From the NCBI RefSeq assembly GCF_009914755.1, contig NC_060929.1: DNA of 64,000 nucleotides. One strand, written 5' to 3'. This DNA is from the human T2T-CHM13v2.0 reference genome, Homo sapiens. Shown in pieces: positions 27,863 through 41,039 of this stretch; the stretch's first letter is position 1, and each line of letters starts with the position of its first letter. Made by a program: the position numbers and the translations under genes. The notes below the pieces were generated by a model. The model was not told the DNA's origin, searched no databases, and was given only the letters and a program-made list of their open reading frames with translations.

Positions 27863-28576
27863 TTAAGTAATTCAGTACGTTTTGTAGGATTCCTGAAGGC
27901 TGAAGCAATGTTATCTATCTTTGCTTCTCCTTTACCACTCCTTGCATCTCTGTTTTGTCATCAATATCATGTTGCTGTATGATCAGTTGACACAAAGCAT
28001 TTAAAGGAAGAGACACATATGTGATTAGAGTCCCTATACTCAATGAATTATAGTTAAATTATTAAAGTTGCAAAAGACTGCAAACAGGAATCTGCCGCTA
28101 CTTTGCACCAAGATCCTAAACATGTTACTGATTTCCTTAAACTGAATTTTTTCATTTGTTAATTGGAAGTAACAAAGACATTTAATTCTTTCCCAAGGCT
28201 CTAAAGTTATAATTAAATAATAAACCAAAAATAAATAAAGGATAGATGTGAAAATGCTTCAAACACAATTAATAATAAAGCACTTGTTTACTGTGATGTA
28301 AGCTCGACAGCCAGCCATAGTTGCCACTTTTGCACTCGTCTTTGAGGCTCCCTGGAGTTTTAGCAAGTACAGGCTGTGTCCTTCTTGATGGAGCATTCTT
28401 CACACTGCAGGGTCCTTGCCAGGTCCATTTTACAACTTTGGTTTTAAATATATGGCAGAAATTTTCACATACTATTTTAGACAATCGGTTATAGAATATT
28501 TTGCTCACAAATAATTCCTGATATATTTCTTATATAAGATTAACTATGACATTATAATCATATCCCATGCTTCAGC

Positions 28577-28730
28577 TATATGTATAAAAGCATATGTATA
28601 TGTATATTTGTATATAAGCGTGTGTATCTACATGTTTGTGTATGTGTATATAGATAAATGTGTATCTATCATCTCTGTGTGTGTGTATATATATATATAC
28701 ACACATATATGTATATATGTATATATACAT
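28577..28730. repeat. (TA)/(TG)/(CA) low-complexity repeat
   Basis: Direct reading. Confidence 0.85.
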
Positions 28731-29054
28731 GCAAAGATTGATATATTGCTGAAAACACTAATACTGCAGTAGAGCATAAACATTGAATTTAACTTTTTTT
28801 TCTTTTTCATGAATGATTAATACTAATTCAGACATTTTGTTTTACCTAAGAAACTTGGCAACATTTGCCAGGTATTATTAACTGGCAAGTGGTATAATTA
28901 TGAAACTGAGAGCTGGAAGAAGCTTTAAAATCATCAAGTAAAAATTACTAAATTCTCAAATGAGCTAAATTGTGAGCAACAATTTCAAAAGGTTTTTATT
29001 CCATTTATTTTCTGAGTCAAATGCTAAAATAGGAATTTTATGCAATGACTTTCT

Positions 29055-29200
29055 AAAGTAATTATTATCAACTCCAATTACAATTAAGGAATGTGAGGCT
29101 GAGAGAGCTCTATCATGTTCAAGTTTGCCCAGGTATTAAATGGCAGAGCCACGTTGAATACACATCTGTGTGACTGAAAAGTTTGTATGTTCCCTGATAA
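29055..29200 (-). mobile_element. MIR SINE
   Basis: GTGAGGCTGAGAGAG...TTGCCCAGGTATTAAATGGCAGAGCC...GTGTGACT. Confidence 0.6.
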
Positions 29201-29841
29201 GCCATGTTACATAGAGAAATTACCAAATGATTCATGCTAGACCATGATACCAGTGAGACACAGAGCTGAGTCTAGAGCTCAGTGCCATTTCTATATACAC
29301 TATGTAATTGGTAGCACCCAAATATGCTAATAATGGTAGTTAATTCCTAAAAATTTTTATTTTAATAGCTCTAACCAGCTACAAAGATATGTGGTCAATA
29401 ACAAAATGGTTGTTTGTGAGCAACAGAAATTATGTATTGTGTTACAGGTTTTTGTAACTAAGTTGAAAACTTCAGAGATAACTAAAAATATTACTTTCAA
29501 TTGCAGTTCACATGCTATTCTGTTCACATTTTATATTTATGCATGGGTACATTTGACATTTTAAAAATAATTATTTAACTCAAAGTAGTCATAAAAAGTT
29601 TTCAATTGTTTTCTAAATTAAGAAATAATAAATATATAAATGTGAATGAACTTAATGTTCAAAAAATAAATTTTGTATAAATATTCAGAGTACTTGGAAA
29701 ACAAAAAGATTGTTGTAGTACATTTAAATATAAACATATTCATTTTAAAGTTTACTTGCTTTGCCACAAGTTTTGTAAGGAGTGCTATTCACATACAAGT
29801 ATTGTAAAGAGCTATTTGGGATGGATAAAGTGTTACTTTTT

Positions 29842-30135
29842 GGCTGAGCGCGATGGCTCATGCCTGTAATCCCAGCACTTTGGGAGGCCAAGGTAGGTGG
29901 ATTACGAGGTCAGGAGATCAAGATCATCCTGGCTAAGATGGTGAAACCCCGTCTCTACTAAAAATACAAAAACAAAATTAGCCAGGCAGGCACCTGTAGG
30001 CCCACCTACTCAGGAGGCTGAGGCGGGAGAATGGCGTGAACCCAGGAGGCAGAGCTTGTAGTGAACCAAGATCGCGCCACTGCACTCCAGCCTGGGCGAC
30101 AGAGGGAGACACCGTCTCAAAAGAAAAAAAAAAAA
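29842..30135 (+). mobile_element. AluY
   Basis: Y diagnostics (GGAGATCAAGATCATCCTGGCTAA, GAATGGCGTGAACC, GAGCTTG). 15-bp TSD AAAGTGTTACTTTTT at 29827-29841 and 30136-30150. Confidence 0.97.
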
Positions 30136-30239
30136 AAAGTGTTACTTTTTAACATTTCAATTACAAAAACTTGTTTTATATTTTATTAAAACAATATGGT
30201 ATTATTCTAAAATAACATATTTCTCTTCTTGTTTTTCAG

Positions 30240-30256
30240 CAATGGCTTCTTTAAAG
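30240..30256 (+). other. Candidate 17-nt microexon
   Basis: TTTCTCTTCTTGTTTTTCAG|CAATGGCTTCTTTAAAG|GTAAGA, with a CTAA/TAAC branch-like motif about 25-35 nt upstream. Confidence 0.45.
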
Positions 30257-31316
30257 GTAAGAACTTATACCAATAAATCTAGATTAGTTTCATGTTTCTG
30301 GCCCCACAAATGTCATAGACAGATTTAACCTCTCTGTTGTGTCTAAATGGATCCAAAATACGCAGGTTTTAAATAAATGTTATCAATCCAAATTGTTGCT
30401 AGGCAATCTCAAAGGTCCACATATTTGGAAACATTCAAAATGTGAAAGGAAAAATTGTAACATGCTATGAAAAGGAAAGTAGAAGAACCAAAGCACCTAT
30501 GGTATGGATTTCATATATTTATTATCATTCATTAGAGTGAAGGTTTCTCAAACCCTTCTTCGGAAGTAACATCATCTCATAGGAAAAACAAGCACTCAGG
30601 TATTGGAAATTAAGGAGACAAAAAAGTTAAAATCATAATTACCACCTACTTCTGAAAATGAAGGCACCAAATGTAGCCCTGCTATCCAAAAAGAAAATGC
30701 ACTGTTCCTCCTTAAGAATGAACCCACACCACACAGGAGTCTAACACTTTATCGACAAAAGCCTTCAAGGAGTCAACCCCAGTGGGTCACAGTGACATAC
30801 AAAGCAGCAGAGTGCAGAAGCCTTCTTTGGTTCTGTGCACTAGACTGCAAACTGAGAACAGAGTCCACCGATCTAACATGAGGAAGCATGCACGGATCAG
30901 CTATACTTTTGCCCTACAGGTAGTAAATATAAACCCCCAACAGAACTGTATTTGTGCTGTTCTCATTTTTTCGTTTTTTTTTTTTAAATTACTTCCATAG
31001 TCCAATAATCAGTGATTTATGAAGACAGTTCATTACCCAGTTGAAAGAGAAAAGATGACTTTTCACTTCATGTAGTTAAGGGGAAAACATAAAAGAAACA
31101 AAAGACTAAAACTCCATGAAGTGAAAATAACAAGATACCATTACATACATACCAATAATTACTACATACCTACTAGAATGGCAAAAATCTAGAACACTGA
31201 CAACACCAAATGCTTATGAGGATGTGGAGCAATAGGAACTCTCATTTATTTCTAGTTGCAATGCAAAATTATACAGCCCTTTGAACATAGTTTGCCAGTT
31301 TTCTATGAAACTAAAC

Positions 31317-31861
<545 letters not shown>

Positions 31862-34184
31862 TAATTGCCCAAAATTGGAAGCAACCAGGATGTCCTTCAG
31901 TAGGTGAATGGATAAACTGTGGTGCATCTAGACAATGGAATATTATTCAGGGTTAAAAAGAAATGCGCTATCAAGCCATGAGGAGATATGGAGGAACTTT
32001 AAATGAATGTTACTATGCAAAAGAAGCCAATCTGAAGAGGGTATACACTGCATAATTCCAACTATAGGACATTCTTCAAAAGGCCAATCTATGAAGACAG
32101 TAAAAAGATCCATGGTTGTTAAGGAATGGACAAGGAAGGAATGAACAGGCAGAGCACAGAGGATTCTTAGAGCAGTGAAACTACCCTATATGATACTGTA
32201 GCAATAGATACAGGTCATCATATATTTGTCTAAACCCATAGAGTATACAACACTAAGACTGAGCCCTAATGTAAACTATGGACTCTGGATGTTAATGATG
32301 TGTCAATGGAGATTCATCAATTGTAATAAATGTATCTCTCTGGTGGAAATGTTGATAATAAGGGAGGCTATGCACGTGTCAGGACAGAGTAAACCGGAAA
32401 TTTCTGTAACTTCTGATCAATTTTGCTGTGAACCTAAACTGCTCTAAAAATAACATTTATTTTAAAAACTATGAAATAAGCTTATTTTCTGATCCCAAAG
32501 CAGGATCTCACAATAACTGTTTCAATATAAGGCCTATATTTGGAAACCATTACAAACTTCTAAAAATTGTCACATTTGATAATATTTTAAATTAATCACA
32601 TATATTGAGGAAAATTACATGAAGAGATCTCCAAAATCATGGGCTTTTGTTTATTTGTTCTGTGACTTATTTTTGGAATTTCTTTTATGATGGCTTCTCT
32701 TCAGGATAAAATTGAGGAAGCTAATTCATATCCCTTGGGGTGAAGAATTTCAGATAATTCCTCGTGAGTGATGTTATCTTCCCAACTCTTTTACCCTTTT
32801 CATTCAATCTGAAGAGATATTGAATATTATTAAGATTATTATTTCAAAAGGACTTTAAGACAATTATTACATCTCCATCTTCAAAAGACAAGGTCCATTT
32901 CATTCTCCATTTGAAGGACACCAGCTCTTCACAAAATGATTCTCTGTACCTTGAATGTTGAATGAGGCGCTTTTCTCTTCTGCCTTCTTCACATACTATC
33001 CAGTAAAAAACACAGTGCTGCCACGAGAACTTTGCAAAGAAGGCCAATCATTACACAGACGAAGGCTGAAACTTTAACTCACAATATTATAACTTTTATT
33101 TTTTTTTCAGTTACCTTCCTTTCTAAAAATAAAATATGAGTGTCTACTTCAGGAGACTCTGGATCAAGCCCAATTAGCTTTCTATTATTTAAAAACACTA
33201 TTGACCTTTAAAATCCTCTCTTTGCAAATATTCAAACCAGGGAGTACAGCACTTATTAAACAGCATTTTCCAGTTTGTTTCAATTATTTTTTTTTTCTGC
33301 TAGATTTTTAACTCGTTGAGAATAGAGAACCCAAGGCTGGTATATACCCACACACACCCACCTCCCCAATGCCAACATAAATCCTGGTACATTGTGGCTA
33401 ATCATTTATGTTTAATTGCATTGATTTTATACTTAATTCAGATGGTCAGATGTAGATCAGCTTGTTAAAACAGATATATGATAATGTTGTATCTGAATTT
33501 ATAGAGCGTTAATCATGCCAACATTGAGACTGTTCAAGTATTTTTTTAAAAAGTTTACGTGTTTAGTCATTTCTGATATTCCTGTCAATTTAGCACATCT
33601 CTTTTGAATCAGAAAATACTTTGGTTCAACTTCCTCTGATTTGTTTATGCTGTTAGGGAACCCATGGGTAATTCTATAGCAACTCAGCCTGTATTCTGCT
33701 GTCCCCTATATAGAATTTTTCTCATCCCCTCCACTTTCTGATTAAATTTCCTTTCCTTAAACTATCCTTGCTTCTTTTCTTTGCTGCCTCCAAAATTAGG
33801 TATAGGACAAAACTAGAGGGAAAAAAGGGGCTTATTTTCCCCAAAACTTCTATAAAATATTTTAGTATATATGTAAGGTCATCAGGTCAATTAATTTAAC
33901 AAACATTTATTGTCTGTTCTGTGCCAAAGTTGTGTGCTAGGTGGTGTGAATTAAGAAAGTTTTGCTCTTTAAAAGGAGTCCTAATGTAATGGACTCTATT
34001 GTACATATCTAACTATTCTTTTTCACAGGAAACTCTCTAATTATTTTCCTCTCTGTATTATTTTCTGTGGTTGTTTTGCGGTTATCTGAAAATTCCAAAT
34101 TTAATTTAATTAATTAATGATCAGACTTACTAGGCTTGTTATATTCCTTTCTAGTCTACATATTAACCCATTCCACCATTACAT

Positions 34185-34400
34185 AATAATAATAATAGTA
34201 ATAATGTTTATTGAGTGTGTATTAGGCTGCAGCATTAAACACTTCATATACAATATTCCATTTAGAGTTGTTAATAAGAACCATAATCCCAAATTTTACA
34301 AAAGCTAGGTGACTTGGAAAAATTTACACAGCTGGTAACACAGCTAGGTGAAGAATTCCAAACAGCTATTTCTGACTCTGGACACTTTATCCTAACACAA
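34185..34400 (-). mobile_element. MIR SINE
   Basis: AATAATAG...TTTATTGAGTG...CCCAAATTTTACA...ACACAGCTAG...TCTGACTCTGGA. Confidence 0.55.
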
Positions 34401-37400
34401 TAAACACTCATCTTACTAAATTAAAACAACATGCAACTTGGTACATTTTCTTCTCACCCATTAAAAAAAATTAAACTATTTTTGAAAATGACTTTTATTT
34501 CTCTCCTTTGCTTCCCACTTTCTTATGGATAAGTCCATTTAAAGAATAATGAATCAACCGGAACTGAGCAAAACAAAAAGGCCAGAAACATGAGGGGGAA
34601 AGAATCTCAAGTGCCAACTGTTTTGCTGTCATTGTTGTTTTTAAGTGAGGAGTTCAGTAGGCTTTTCACATATACATTTTAAAGCCCTAGTTACCCTTGT
34701 GAGAGTAAGACCCGATGCCCTCTATCCAAGACCCTGTCAAAAATGTCTTTGATAGGCATGAGACTATGCCAGAATGCTTTAGTTTCTCTTTAAAATAGAC
34801 AAAATTTGTATGCACCTCACAAGATAAATTGAGCAATTCATCATTTTCTGTTGAATTCTTAAAGAAAGTTGGGTGAAAAGTGATAAGTAAATGAATAATA
34901 ATAGAAAAATGAGGCAGTGCTGTGCATGATTGGATAGCTTATTCAATCAAACACTTTATGAGATAATGAAATTTCTCATTATCAAAAGTCTGAATTCATT
35001 GGATAGTCTTATTCATTGTATAAGTCTCTATTGAGTATGTATAAATCTATGTTGAGTATAGCATAATTTATACCGTTATATATATATAATACACACATTG
35101 ACTATAGCATACTTTATACCATTATATATATATACACATATAGACATATATGTGTGTGCCTACATATCCATATACTTATATATACACATATACATAGTTT
35201 TAGAATGCTCTCTAGTTTCACATGTTCTGTAAGTTAAAATTTTATTAATAACTTTCTTCCTCATGTAAACAGTGTTTCATCAAAATTTTTGGAAAGTCAA
35301 CATTTTCTAAAACTTTTTAGGTATAAAATATAATTATGAAAGTTTTGACCAAAATAAAAATAAAAAGCCAGTAGGCAACAAATTGGACCATAATTTTCAC
35401 TGTATTAGATAAGTCAAAACTGTTCAGGACAAAGAAATATAACAGACTCAGAACACTTTGAATATTAACAAAACTTTTTCTTGAACACAATATCTATTGA
35501 AATCATATTAAGGAAAGAGAAAATACCACAACATTTAAAAGTGTCAATAATGGTTTAATATAGAGCATGAATGCAAAGGGAATAGACAGCCTGTGCAAAC
35601 ATAAGCTTATCATTTTCTTCATATATCAAACAATACACATTCTGTAGAATAAGTACTTGGTTGATACATACAGGTTAAACATGTGCATAACTACACAATC
35701 AAGAAAATCTTACCACTTCTGTCAATACACTCTATGCGAAGCGGCAATAAGATCACACTTAACAATCTCCAGAAGAAAATGAGAGAGAATGAAACACCAA
35801 AAGCAATAGGTCAGGAAAGAAGCAGAGTTGTGAGTGGGAGAGGAGGCCATTATGAGTATCAGTAAGTATAACAAAATACATCTGAAATCTATAAGCTGCT
35901 CAACACATATATTTGGAATCACAGAAATGAAACTAATTATTTCCCGGGCATTTCAAATACCAAAAAGTATTCTCAAAGCTCCATTTCTCCCCTTTGCCTT
36001 GGTACAAAGTGTCTTTTCTATCCATGTCTTCCTGTAGAAGGTTTCAAGTTTGATTTTTTATATGTATATCAACAGAAGCCTTAAATATTAACTTCAGACC
36101 TCAATTATTACTAAATCATAATCAGAGTTTAATGGAATAACCCTTATGAAAAAATAAGGCTTATTCTGCATCGATTATTTCAAAGAAATAAACATGGTAA
36201 AGGGAGGCATAGTGTCACCAACTTTGTAAGTGGTGAAAATACACAGACATCTAAGCTGAACAATTAAAGGAAATCCAACAGAGTATTAAAGTTAATAGGG
36301 AAGAATCAATAGGAAATGGTGATATGATAGGAATTGAAGTTGACACTTCTAAATCAGATAGATAAAGTGGATATTTTGTTCAGTCGATATACCAGCACGG
36401 CTTTGTGTCAGAATTACATGTTGGTTAGATATTTTAATGAATCAAATACTGGTTGAGCTGAAGGCCAGTCATCAACCTGGCATAATATTTAAGGTCCTCA
36501 CAGTATGTTACAACATTGGTAATATTTATACAAATAGAGAAATAATCTAAGAACAGTTTATCTTGATTATATTGTCACCAGTAAGAAAGAGTTGATTGAT
36601 GATCAGTCACTACAAAGAAACAAATAGGAGGAAAATGTAGTAGGCTAAGCTGCTAAAAAAGAGTACAAAGAAATATTTTTAAGTATTCAAGTGAAAAAAA
36701 TCAAACAATTTTAAAAAATAAACTTCAGTCATAAGAACTGTGTAAAACTAAAACATTATGCAATTATAATCAACTCTATTGATTATGTGATTATCCATTT
36801 TGCAGATACCAGAACCAAGACTTCCTAGCTGGACTAAGCAATTGATTAAACTCGCTACCTGCCGCCTTCTGCTCTTGCCACCCTCCATACCCAAAGAAGA
36901 AAGAAAGGAAACAAACCTTGTGGACTATCCACAGGATAACACAAGAAGGTAGTGCTCAACCACTGCTTCAAAAATCATTTCTTAACCTACATGAATATTG
37001 CATAATTTAAACATCTCCATGCATGCAAATCGGTTTTGCTAGATGATAAGCATCCTGAGAAGTTGAGCATCTGCAATTAGCAGCTGTTATCTTTAAATGA
37101 TTTTACTGAGGTGAAATTCACAACACATAAAACAATCCATTTCAAAGTGAATATTTTTGTCATTTAATATATTCACAATGATATACAATCACCATCTCTA
37201 TCTCATTCCAGAATATTTCCATCACTCCAAAGTAAAGACTCTTACCCATTTAAGCATCTTCTCCCTATTCCTCCCTCTCTCAAGCTACTGGAAATCACCA
37301 ATCCGTATTCTGTCTCTTTGAATTTACCTATTCTGGATATTTCCTATAAATAGGGTCATACAATATGTGACCTTTTGCATCTGGCTTCTTTCACTTGGCA

Positions 37401-38960
37401 CAATGTCTTGGAGGTTCATCCATGTTATTCCATATATCAGTAATTTATTCAATTTTATGACTGAATAATATCCCATTGTATGTATATACCACAATTTGTT
37501 TATCCATTCATTAGTTGAGAAAAATTTGGGTTGTTTTCACCTGTTGGCCATTTTGAATAGTGCTGCTATAAAATATGTGACCATGTACCTTTCTGAGTAT
37601 CTGTTTTTAATTCTTTTGGGTACATATCTAGGAGTGGAATTGAAGGGTCATGTGGGATTTCTGTTTTTAACTTTTTGAGAAACCATTGAATTGTTTTTCA
37701 TAGCAACTGAATAATTTTACATTCCCACCAGCATTATACAACGGCTTTAATTTTTTCACATCCTTGCCAACACTGTGTGCATGTGTGTGTGTCTGTGTGT
37801 TTACAACCTAATGTGTATGAAGTCATCCCTCACTGTGGTTTTGCTATGCATTTCCCTAATGACTACTGATATGAGCATCTTTTTAAGTGTTTGATAGTCA
37901 TTTGTATAGTTTCTGCGGTGAAATTTCTATTCAAGTCTTTTACCCTCTTTTTAATTAGGTGGTTTGTCTTTTGTTGAACTGTGTTCTTTATATAGTATGA
38001 ATATTAGACTTTTATCAGAGATATGATTCACAAATATTTTCTCCTCCATTCTAGATTGTCATTTTACTTCTTTGATAACATTTTTGGTACATACAAGCTT
38101 TTAATTTTGATGAAATCCAATTTATCCATATTTATGTTATTGATATCATAACTAAGAATTCGTTGCCAAATCCAGGGTTATGAAGATTTACCCCATGATT
38201 TCTTCCAAAAGTGTTAATATTCATGCTTATATTTATGTTTTCAGTCCATTTGGGGTTAATTTTTATATATGGCATAAGGTAGAGATTCAACTTATTTTGC
38301 ATTTGAAAATCCAGTTGAAATTACATATGAGCTTGAGAATTGGCATTTCCATTTCTGCAAAAAGAAAAAAAGACTATTGGCATCATAATAAGGATAGCAT
38401 TCTGCATTGAAACTGTAAATCACTTTGGGTAGTATTCATATCTCAACATTACTTTTACCCTTCTATGAACACAGACGTCTTTCCTTTTGTTTGTCTTATT
38501 TAATTTCTTTCACCAATAGCTTTCAATATATTAGCTAATTTAATTTCTAGTTATTCTTATTCTTTGGAATGTTACTATAAATGAAATTGTTTTTGTAATT
38601 TTATTTTTAGATTACTTGTTCCTGCTATATAGAAACAAAACTGATGTTTTCTGTGTTGCTTTTGTAATCTCTAACTTTGCCAAATTTGATTATTTGCTCC
38701 AGAATCTTGTGTGCGGGTATGCACACTCACAAACGTGTGCCTATTCTTCAAGATTTTCTATATATATGATCATACCTGCAAACAAACAATTTTACTTCTT
38801 CCTAATTTGGATACATTTTATTTCTTTTTCTTGCCTAGTTGTTCTGGTTAGAACTTACAGTACAATGTTGAATAGCCATGGTCAGGATGGGCATCCTTAT
38901 CTTGTTCCTGATACAGTCTTTCACTATCGAGAATAATGTTAGCTATAGGCTTTTCATAAA

Positions 38961-39397
38961 TGTCTGTGTTTAAGCTTTTATAGGAACAAATATAACAGCT
39001 TGCAAATAAAAAGATGCCTGTGTTCAAGCTTGAAAACTCTCTAACAGTTTAAGCTGTTACAACAAATTACCATAGACTGGAAGGCTTATAAACAACAAAA
39101 ATTTATTTCTCACACTTCTGAGGGCTGGGAAGTCCAAGATAAAGGTGCTAGCAGATTTGGTGTCTGGTGAGCTGTTTCCTGATTCAAGGATAGCCATCTT
39201 CTCCCTATGTTCTCACGTGGTTGAAAGGGCAAGGGAACTCTCCTCCAGGGTCTCTTATAATAAAGACACTGATGTCCTTCATGAGGGATCTGTCGTCATG
39301 ACCTAATTAATCTCTACCAAAATCCCACCTCCTAATCACATTGGGAATTAGAATTTCAATATATAAATTTTGGGGGACAAGTATTCAGCCAATAGCA
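38961..39397 (-). mobile_element. MLT1A/A0 solo LTR
   Basis: TACCATAGACTGG...TTATAAACAAC...GCTGGGAAGTCCAAGATAAAGGTG...TTTTGGGGGACAAGTATTCAGCCAATAGCA. Confidence 0.88.
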
Positions 39398-39431
39398 ACG
39401 TCTTTCATCATGTTATGGAAGTTCCTTCTAT

Positions 39432-39759
39432 TTCTTTTTCTTTTCTTTTCTTTTAAGACAGGGTCTCAGTCTGTCACCCAGACTGGAGTACAGTGGTGCA
39501 ATTATAGCTCATTGTTACCTCGAACTCCTGGCCTCTGGCCTCAAGTGATCCTCCCACTTCAGCTTCCTGAGTAGCTAGGACTACAGGTGTATGTCCCTAT
39601 GACTGGTATGTGTGTATATATATATATATATGATATATATAGTATATACAGGGTCTTGCTATGTTTCCCAGGCTAGTCTTGAGCTGCTGACCTGAAGCAA
39701 TCCTCCTGCTCAGTCTTTCTAAGTACTGAGATTATAGTCATGAGCCACTGCATCCAACC
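39432..39759 (-). mobile_element. AluJ with (TA)n replacing the linker
   Basis: AGACAGGGTCTCAGTCTGTCACCCAG...TCAAGTGATCCTCCCAC...TGAGCCACTGCATCCAACC. Confidence 0.9.
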
Positions 39760-40433
39760 ACCTAATTTTTCATGAGCTTTTTTCTTTATCATAATAGGAT
39801 GTTGGACTTTGTCAAATTATTTTAGAAGATGTTATTTTTGAGAAATTATATATTTTTTAAAAAAACATTGACTAAGAAAAACTATCTGAAAAGCTATAAT
39901 GATAATCTAGTTCTTGTAACTTAAAAAAATGTATGTGTAGAGAATTGCATGGCAATCATGAGCCAGTAAGCTCAAACTCTGAGAAGATAATAGAATAAAT
40001 CATCTAATAATCAATTTGTAATTATCTAGCAGAATATAAGTTAGTAGATAGCAAATTATATGAATTTAGGAAGTACAAATAAAATCTGAACAAATTTAAT
40101 TTTTTCTATGAGACAGGAAAAAGTTATATAAAGAGGCTAGATTAGTTAATATTAGATAATCTTGTGTTTGAGTAATGCTGTTTTTTTTTTTAGTTCATAG
40201 AATTGCCATTTATAAGCCAGAACCAAATAGCATTAGTTTAGAAGAGATTTCTACTGAAGGCAATATCAAATTTTAAGTGTCATTGGTACATAAGAGAAAC
40301 TCAGCATGTTTGTACATATTAAAGGAGATGTAAATAATTTCCATTTTGGGTAGTTACAAATAAAGCTGATGTAAACATTTCTGTACAAATTTTTATATGA
40401 TGATGTTTTTCTTTCTCTTGAGTAAATATCTGA

Positions 40434-40963
40434 TGTATTGGTTTTCCTTTGCCACTACAGCAAATTACAACAAATTTGTGGTGTTAAACAACACCTATTT
40501 ATTATCTCATTATTTTATAAGTGCAAATTTTACGCACGGAGTCTCTCAACTGACTTGTCTGCTTAGAATCTCAGAAGGTTGAAATCAAGGTGTCAGCAGA
40601 ACTGCACTGCTCACAAGACTATGGAATATTTGTTGTCAAACACATTCAGGATGTTGGCAGAAATCAGTCCACTCTCCCTCTTTTCATGCAGTCCCCTCCA
40701 TTTTCAAACTAGCAAGGTTCATTGAGTCCTCATGCTTTGAGTCTACCTAATTTTCTCTTCCTTCAGCCACAATAAAGCTCCACATGTAACAGATCATATG
40801 ATTATATTGCTCTCCTGAATAGTTTAGAATTATCTCCCTATTTTAAATAAATTGATTAGTAAAACTTAGTTAGATCTGCAAGGTCCAATTTACCACATAA
40901 AGTAACATTCCAGAGTGTAATACCAGAAGATAAAGTTTATGGGGGCCAAAATTCTGTCTACAT
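40434..40963 (-). mobile_element. MLT1D/E-like solo LTR within an old L1 fragment
   Basis: TGTATTGGTTTTCC...GGTTGAAATCAAGGTGTCAGC...GGGGGCCAAAATTCTGTCTAC. Confidence 0.75.
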
Positions 40964-41039
40964 GACTTGGGCCATGATAATTGCATGTGTAACTTACTGA
41001 AAAACAAAAACAAAAAACAGAGAACACTGGATAGCTGTT

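Larger units (their letters stand above)
37092..39820 (-). mobile_element. L1MB-like LINE-1 (3' end plus ORF2 pieces), interrupted by MLT1A and AluJ
   Basis: TTTACTGAGGTGAAATTCAC...CCAGAATATTTCCATCACTCCAAA...TACAATGTTGAATAG...GGGCATCCTTATCTTGTTCCTGA. Confidence 0.9.
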
